From contig OZ025737.1 of the NCBI GenBank assembly GCA_964019335.1, positions 248,001-312,000 on the forward strand: a stretch of DNA of 64,000 nucleotides, written 5' to 3'. Below, piece by piece: positions 57,902 to 64,000 of this stretch (position 1 is its first letter; each line of letters starts with the position of its first letter). This stretch comes from Diplonema japonicum (Eukaryota > Protista > Euglenozoa: Diplonemea). The position numbers and the translations under genes were made by a program. Below the pieces are notes generated by a model that searched no databases, was not told the DNA's origin, and saw only the letters and a list, made by a program, of their open reading frames with translations.

Positions 57902-60298
57902 ATGGTTGGTAAAAAAGGCGGGAAAGGGGGCAAAGGAAGTAAAGGAAGTAAAGGCGGAAAAGGGGGCAAGGGAGGAAAAGGCGGGAAAGGATGGAAAGGA
58001 GGAAAAGGCGGGTCTGTCCAAGATTCGAAAACAAGGAGGAAGCAAGAACAAGAACAGGATCTGAAAAGGGTGACGAAGGGTGTCGATGCATTGGATTTGG
58101 AGTTTAAAGCAGAGACGTTCGAAGACCTGCCCCTATCGAAGCTGACTAAGAGGGCATTGGAAGCCTTTGGGTTCACCGGCCCAACGCAAGTACAACAGCT
58201 CACAATCCCTGCCGCACTGAAGGGACGTGACGTTCTTGGAGCGGCAAAGACAGGCAGTGGGAAAACTCTCTCTTTCGTGATACCCGCTGTGGAACTGTTA
58301 TACAGGAACAAGTGGCTGCCGAGCGACGGGCTTGGCGTTGTGGTCCTGTCCCCTACCAGAGAGCTTGCTTCGCAGATCTTCGAAGTGGTGAAAATCGTTG
58401 GCAAGTTCCACACCGTGACAGGCGGTCTCATCACTGGTGGCAGCGACATGGAAGGCGAGGCGGGTATCGTCAACTTGAACCTTATCGTCTCTACACCTGG
58501 GAGGCTGCAGCACCACATCGACTCCACCATCGGCTTCGACCTCACCAACACCCGCATGCTCGTGATGGACGAGGCGGACAGGTTGCTCGACGAAGGGTTC
58601 AAAGAGAATGTCAACAATATTATTGATGCTCTCCCCAAGCCCATCCAGACACTCCTGTTCTCCGCTACCCAAACTAAGGACCTCGACGCACTCACCCGTG
58701 TCTCTGTCCACGACCCCTTCTACGTCTCCGTGCACTCCAACTCCAAGTTCGTCACCCCCAAGAAGCTCTGCCAGAACTTCGCTGTCGTCCCCCTCAGCGA
58801 CAAGCTCTCCACTGTCTACTCCTTCATCAAAAGGAATGTCAGGGAGAAGACCATCATTTTCTTTTCGACCTGCAACCAGGTCAAGTTCGTGTACCTCGCG
58901 TTGAGCAAGCTGCTGCGCAAGGACAACACCTGTGCCATGTGTCTGACAGGGAAGATGAAGCTGTCGCAGAGGAAAGAGGTGTACCAAGCGTTCTGCCAGA
59001 AGTCTAACGCGGTGCTGCTGTGTACAGATGTCGCGGCACGTGGTCTCGACTTCCCTGCAGTGAAGTGGGTGATCCAGGCAGACTGTCCTGAGGACGTGGA
59101 GACCTACATCCACAGAGTGGGCAGGACAGCACGTGCTGGCGCAAACGGTGCCTCACTACTGCTGCTGACGCCAAATGAGGAGAAGTTCCTACAGAAGCTC
59201 GCAGAAAAAAGGATCAGAGCTAGAGAGGTGGTAGTGAACCCCAAGTACCTGACGACAGTGACGCCCCTCCTTGTTGCCATCATCATACAAGACCCGGAGC
59301 TGAAGGCCAATGCGCAGAAGGCAGTAGTGTCGTATCTACGTGCTTTGTACTTCCAGAAGGACAAGGAGGTGTTCGATGTCCACGCAGTATGCCCCGTCGA
59401 GCTGTCCACAAGCATGGGGCTCTCAAAAGCACCCATGTTGAAGTTCATCGAGCAGGGATCGAAGGATTCGAAGAACATGTCGTGGGAGTTGAAGAACCTG
59501 CAGGACAACCGCAAATCATCAGGGCTGTCGAAGAAGGACAGGAAGAAGGTATCGATGCACGAGACCACGCTGCAGGAGGCGAGGGGGAGGCTGATGGCCG
59601 ACGACGACGATGATGACGATGACGATGACGATGACGTGATTGTGAAAATGGTGAGCGACATCACAAGTGTCACAGCCCCAGTCAAGGAGGAGGAGTCGCA
59701 TGTGAAGTTCGACAGTGACAGCGAGGAATGTGAAACACACGCACAGAAGGCGATGCGGGAGTTGAAGGAGAAGCAAGCAGAGGAGACGGCGAAGTACATC
59801 CGCAAAGACGTCGGTGTGTCGAGGGAAGACATAAGCAAGCACGCGTCGGAGCTGAAAGAGAAAGTGGAGGGTGTCAACAAGGTGTCGAAGGTGGAGGACA
59901 GGAAGCGTGTGCAAGATATCCACAAAATGAAAAAAGAGAAAATGAAACAGCTGAAGCACGGGAAGAAGAAGTATGAAACCTATGAGTTAAAAACACCAAC
60001 CACCCAGGAACGAAGAACAAGACATCCCGATGATGATGGAGACAGACGAGTCAGGGGACTCGGAGGATGAGGGAGACGAGGCAAGCGATGCCAGCGATGC
60101 CAGCTTTATGTACGATGACCGCAGTGAGGACTCCTTGGGCAACGTGTACGAGTCGTCGGGCACGGAGAGTGAAGACGAAACACCGCAACCACCGAAAAAA
60201 CGACAGAAAAAAACAATAGTATACCATTTACCCCCCTCCCCCCAATCAATCATTCACAGCACTCGCAAGAATCCGCCATTTTGAAGATGATTGGCTAG
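57902..60298 (+). CDS. DBP4: DEAD-box RNA helicase DBP4/DDX10 (~772 aa); introns 59971-60007 and 60219-60259
   Basis: GAAKTGSGKTL, LYRNKW...DGLG, PTRELA, TPGRL, DEAD, SAT, ARGLDFP, YIHRVGRTAR. Spliced C-terminus ...HSQESAILKMIG*. Confidence 0.92.
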
Positions 60299-60357
60299 AT
60301 GCTTACCAGCTTATCAGTAGTATCAGTATCATGTTTTGTGCTACCGTCTGACTACAA

Positions 60358-63300
60358 ATGCAAAGCACACAGGGGGGCCTTGTCCCAATTATGTCAGGCG
60401 GCGCTGGTGTGGGTGCGAAGAAGCCTAGAAGAACGTCCCAGCAAAAAGCACCCCGAACGGGCGAATTGGGCGAACCCGGTGCCCATGAGTGGGACCATGA
60501 GCGATTTGTAGAGGAATCGCTCCGTGGGTACGGTGAGGTGCCTGGCATGGGTCGGTCTTCCAGCATCCCTTCAATGCCCTCTATCAGAGGGCATGCACAC
60601 ACAAACCCATGTGTTAACTCTTATTCGACTCCTACTTTCCCAACACCTCCCGCCACGATGCCCTACCCAAGCCAACACGAAGTACCTGCTCCCCCACTCA
60701 CCTCAAAGCCTCCGCAGAGAGCACCCCGTACCACTGTTCCCAGACAGCAACGCAACTCCCATCCCAACTCATCCACCCAACGGCACAAGGTGCCCTCTAG
60801 GCGCTCGACACAGCCCGTCTACAGCAAGGAGGTGTTCGTCAGCAGTCCAAAGCGCAAAGCGCGAAGCAAGCTGCAGGAGGGTTTCATAGCAGGGAATGCT
60901 GGGCCTGGGCTGAGCAAGCTGGCGGGGGCCTCGATGAAGCACGCAGAACGGATGCTGCAAAGACGCAACAAGACGGAGATGCGACATAACAAAGAAGAAC
61001 GGCAACGCACGCTGGCGAAGAAGATCTACGAAAAGGAGATAAAGATAAAGATGAAGCGAGAGCAGGAGGTCGAGCGCAAGAAGAGGGAAGAGATGGCGAA
61101 GCTGATGTACGAGAGGATGTGCGCAGGGCTGCGTGCTGACGAGATGAAAAGGTATCGGGCAGCAGCGAAGAAGATCCAGAAGGTGTGGAGGGGAGTGATG
61201 GCAAGATGCATGGTCAGCAGGTGGGAGGCTGCGGTGCTAACGATTCAATCTGTGGTGAGAAGCCACCAGTGCAGGGAGTATCAGAAGCGGAGGAGGCTAC
61301 AGGAAGATGAGTCAAGACGGGAAGCGATAGAGTACGCGAAGCTGAATAGAGCGGCGCGCATTGTCCAGCGAAGGGTTAAATACATGTTTGCACGCAACGC
61401 ACTGTTGAGGATCAAGAGGGCGAAAGAGCTCCGCAGGTGGTACAGTGCACGGATCATCCAGAGAGGATGGTGCAGCTACAGGAATGCGGTCGAGACAGAG
61501 ATGCTGCGAAAGGAGGAAGAGCTGAAGCTCATGGACCTCGTCAGGCAGCGGCAGGTCAACATCGCAGTGCGCAAGATACAGAAGTGGTGGGTGTGCGTGA
61601 AGCAGTCAGAGCAACTCCGTGCCATCAAGGATGACATGGACGTGAAGGAAACCGCAGCCACCACCATCCAGAAGAGGTGGCGTGGCATTATGACACGCTC
61701 TAAAGTTAAGAGACTGGTCAAACTCCGTCAGACACGCGGAAAGGGCAAGGATGTCCTCATCTATACTTCCGCACTTGCCATCGAGCTCTTCTTCCGTGTC
61801 TCCATGGCAAAGCTCAAGGTAGAGCGTCTTAAACAGCAGAAACTCTACAAATCAGCAGCCATTTGTGACGACAAAGCTGCAGAGATAATCCAAAAGAACT
61901 TCCGGTGTTACAAGGCACGGCAGTTGACGGCACAGCTCAAGAGCTGCAACATATCCTTGCACAACAAGGCCGCGTCCATACAGGGAGCTTACAGGATGCA
62001 CAAGGCAAAGCAGCTTGCTCAGCAGAAGAGAGAGGAAAAGAGGAAAATACCAGCGGCGATTGTCATCCAGCAGGCGTGGAGAGCGTGCTACACAGCAAAG
62101 AAGAAGCGCGAGACTGAGTTGTACCACCTCAGGAAGCAGGAGGAAAAGAGGAAGGCGGAAAAACGAACGTGTGCCGTCATCGCGATGCAAGCATGGGTGA
62201 GAGGCAACAAAGGGAGAGACGAGGCGCGGGCTGTAAGAACCAAGTGGCGCAAGAAGAACGCAGACGTAGTCACCATCCAAAGGACATGGAAAGGCTGGGT
62301 GGCACGGAAAGAACTCCGCACTCTGAGGAAGATAGCCAAACGTGTCGCAGAGCAGGAACAGGTTTTTAAAGAGCAGTCCAAAGCTTCCATCATCATCCAG
62401 AAGGCGGTGCGCAGGATGCTGGCTATAAAGAACGTACAGCACCGTAGAAAGCTGCACCGAACCGCAATCTGTCTTCAAAGGTTCTTCCTGGTGGTGCTTG
62501 CAAAGGCTCTTTTGAATCGGAAGAAAAAGTGCAGGCGTGAGAGGAAGGAAGACAGCGCCGCAAGAAAAATTCAAAGGAAAACGAGGAAGTGGTTGTACAT
62601 GTGCGAGCTAAGGAGGCTTGAAGCTTACTACAACGGGAAAAGGCAGAAGAAGCTGCATGAGGACAAAAGACAAGAAGCAGTGATTGCGATCCAGTCCAGC
62701 TGGAGGGGGTTCCAAGGGAGGAATCTGTGGCGCGTGGTTAAAGAAAAACATGACATACGAACTGAAGCCGCACAATTGGTGCAAAGGAACTGGCTCATCT
62801 ACAGGTTCAGGGGCGCGATGGAAGGCGAGCTGGCATCACGCAGAAAAGTGAAGCTGTGCACCGAGAATGCAGCACTGACAATACAGGTCTTCTGGCGAGG
62901 CGTGCTGGCGCAAGAATACATGCAAATGCTTCGGGAGGACAAGGAGATACAAATCGACGCAGCTATACACATGCAGTGCTGGTGGAGGAGACACCTTGCT
63001 GTGCAGGAGACTGCATGCAGACGCAAGGCTAAACAGCTCATACACCGCAAAGCAGAGCTAGAAGCCGTGAACTTCGAGAGGAGCCTCATCCTTGCGCAGG
63101 CTGCAGCACGGTCCATCGTCGCGCAGCTCAACAGGAACACCCGCATCGTCGCTTTTATCGAGAAGCAAATCACTGTGCAGCACACCTACGCCATCTCCAT
63201 CCAGAACGGTGCAGCAGTGGCCATCCAAGCATGCTACAGGGGGTACAGCGACCGCATGTTCGTGAGGGGCTTGAAACGAGAGAAGAAAGAGGAGGAGCTT

Positions 63301-64000
63301 GCGCACCAGCGAAGCCTCGAGAAGAAGGACGCCGCAGTGCACACCATGCAGTGCTTCATGAGAGTCAGCATCGCGAAGATGCGGACGGCGGAAAAACGCG
63401 AGGAGGTGCACGAAAGGGCAAACGCAAACACGCAAGAAGACCCTGCAGAGGTGGTGCAGCAGCTTTTCTGGGAGATGGAGACGCGCACGGGAAGGGCCGT
63501 CATCAAAGAGAACGAGGAGAGGAAGAACAAACGAACGAAAGCAGCGACCACCATCCAATGCCGAACAAGAGTGTGGCTGGCACGCAGGGTTAAGGGTAGT
63601 CTCGACGAAGCGAGGGCGCAGGACCGGAAGGCCTTGATCATCCAAAAGGCGTGGGCTGTGAAGAAGGAGAGGCTTCATGAGGCGGCGGAGAACAGACGCG
63701 AAGCAGCAGCGGTGAAGATCCAGTCACAACAGCGTGCGATGATGGCGAGGGCGACATTCAAGAAACTGCTGCACAGACACAACGAGGAGGTGATGGTAGA
63801 GCTCAAACAGGAGGAGCTTATCGACAAAGCTGTGGTGGCGCTGCAGTCGTTCTGGCGGTTGGTGTGCGCGAAGAAGGTAGCGGCAGCGAGGGCGATGGAG
63901 CTGTACACTGTGAGGGCCACGAAGAAAATGCACGAGTCTGCCACGTTCATCCAAAAAGTCTGGCGCGGCATACTTGGGCGGAGGAGGGCCGCAAAAATCA
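60358..64000 (+). CDS. Large IQ-motif-rich calmodulin-binding protein (>1200 aa), 3'-partial
   Basis: Open frame from ATG 60358 to the window end (absent from the ORF track: no stop). Many IQxxWRG motifs, e.g. AAKKIQKVWRG, AATTIQKRWRG, AVIAIQSSWRG, SATFIQKVWRG. Confidence 0.85.
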   Translation, partial: MQSTQGGLVPIMSGGAGVGAKKPRRTSQQKAPRTGELGEPGAHEWDHERFVEESLRGYGEVPGMGRSSSIPSMPSIRGHAHTNPCVNSYSTPTFPTPPATMPYPSQHEVPAPPLTSKPPQRAPRTTVPRQQRNSHPNSSTQRHKVPSRRSTQPVYSKEVFVSSPKRKARSKLQEGFIAGNAGPGLSKLAGASMKHAERMLQRRNKTEMRHNKEERQRTLAKKIYEKEIKIKMKREQEVERKKREEMAKLMYERMCAGLRADEMKRYRAAAKKIQKVWRGVMARCMVSRWEAAVLTIQSVVRSHQCREYQKRRRLQEDESRREAIEYAKLNRAARIVQRRVKYMFARNALLRIKRAKELRRWYSARIIQRGWCSYRNAVETEMLRKEEELKLMDLVRQRQVNIAVRKIQKWWVCVKQSEQLRAIKDDMDVKETAATTIQKRWRGIMTRSKVKRLVKLRQTRGKGKDVLIYTSALAIELFFRVSMAKLKVERLKQQKLYKSAAICDDKAAEIIQKNFRCYKARQLTAQLKSCNISLHNKAASIQGAYRMHKAKQLAQQKREEKRKIPAAIVIQQAWRACYTAKKKRETELYHLRKQEEKRKAEKRTCAVIAMQAWVRGNKGRDEARAVRTKWRKKNADVVTIQRTWKGWVARKELRTLRKIAKRVAEQEQVFKEQSKASIIIQKAVRRMLAIKNVQHRRKLHRTAICLQRFFLVVLAKALLNRKKKCRRERKEDSAARKIQRKTRKWLYMCELRRLEAYYNGKRQKKLHEDKRQEAVIAIQSSWRGFQGRNLWRVVKEKHDIRTEAAQLVQRNWLIYRFRGAMEGELASRRKVKLCTENAALTIQVFWRGVLAQEYMQMLREDKEIQIDAAIHMQCWWRRHLAVQETACRRKAKQLIHRKAELEAVNFERSLILAQAAARSIVAQLNRNTRIVAFIEKQITVQHTYAISIQNGAAVAIQACYRGYSDRMFVRGLKREKKEEELAHQRSLEKKDAAVHTMQCFMRVSIAKMRTAEKREEVHERANANTQEDPAEVVQQLFWEMETRTGRAVIKENEERKNKRTKAATTIQCRTRVWLARRVKGSLDEARAQDRKALIIQKAWAVKKERLHEAAENRREAAAVKIQSQQRAMMARATFKKLLHRHNEEVMVELKQEELIDKAVVALQSFWRLVCAKKVAAARAMELYTVRATKKMHESATFIQKVWRGILGRRRAAKI

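Overview
Eukaryotic protist DNA, most consistent with a euglenozoan, probably a diplonemid (inference, not a database hit). The evidence is unidirectional gene clusters with very short spacers, many tiny GT-AG introns, single-hairpin AGA-box snoRNAs, a PSP1-domain gene and a KGG-repeat N-terminus. Three minus-strand genes (1-7086) diverge from one plus-strand run of about 20 genes (9244 to >64000) across a strand-switch region containing a 200-N gap. Plus-strand products include an EF-hand Kv channel, an MEKK/STE11 kinase, a PHO80-type cyclin, kinesin-3, a PH-containing copine, a ~2000-aa surface protein, RRM, METTL13-like MTase, PSP1, PLOD-type glycosyltransferase, glutamine synthetase II, TIP30-like protein, DBP4 helicase and a poly-IQ protein. 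The 14.9-26.4 kb region is dense in decayed DNA transposons: a pogo relic, a Mutator relic with a 9-bp TSD and ~31-bp-phased arrays, MITEs, and a TIR element carrying an RCC1-like gene fragment. The main feature missed by the ORF track is a cluster of about 7 single-hairpin H/ACA-like guide RNAs at 56.56-57.31 kb, five of which have readable rRNA pseudouridylation targets. Sixteen cis-introns were reconstructed by eye; most lack a U-rich polypyrimidine tract and end in poly-A or CA-rich sequence.
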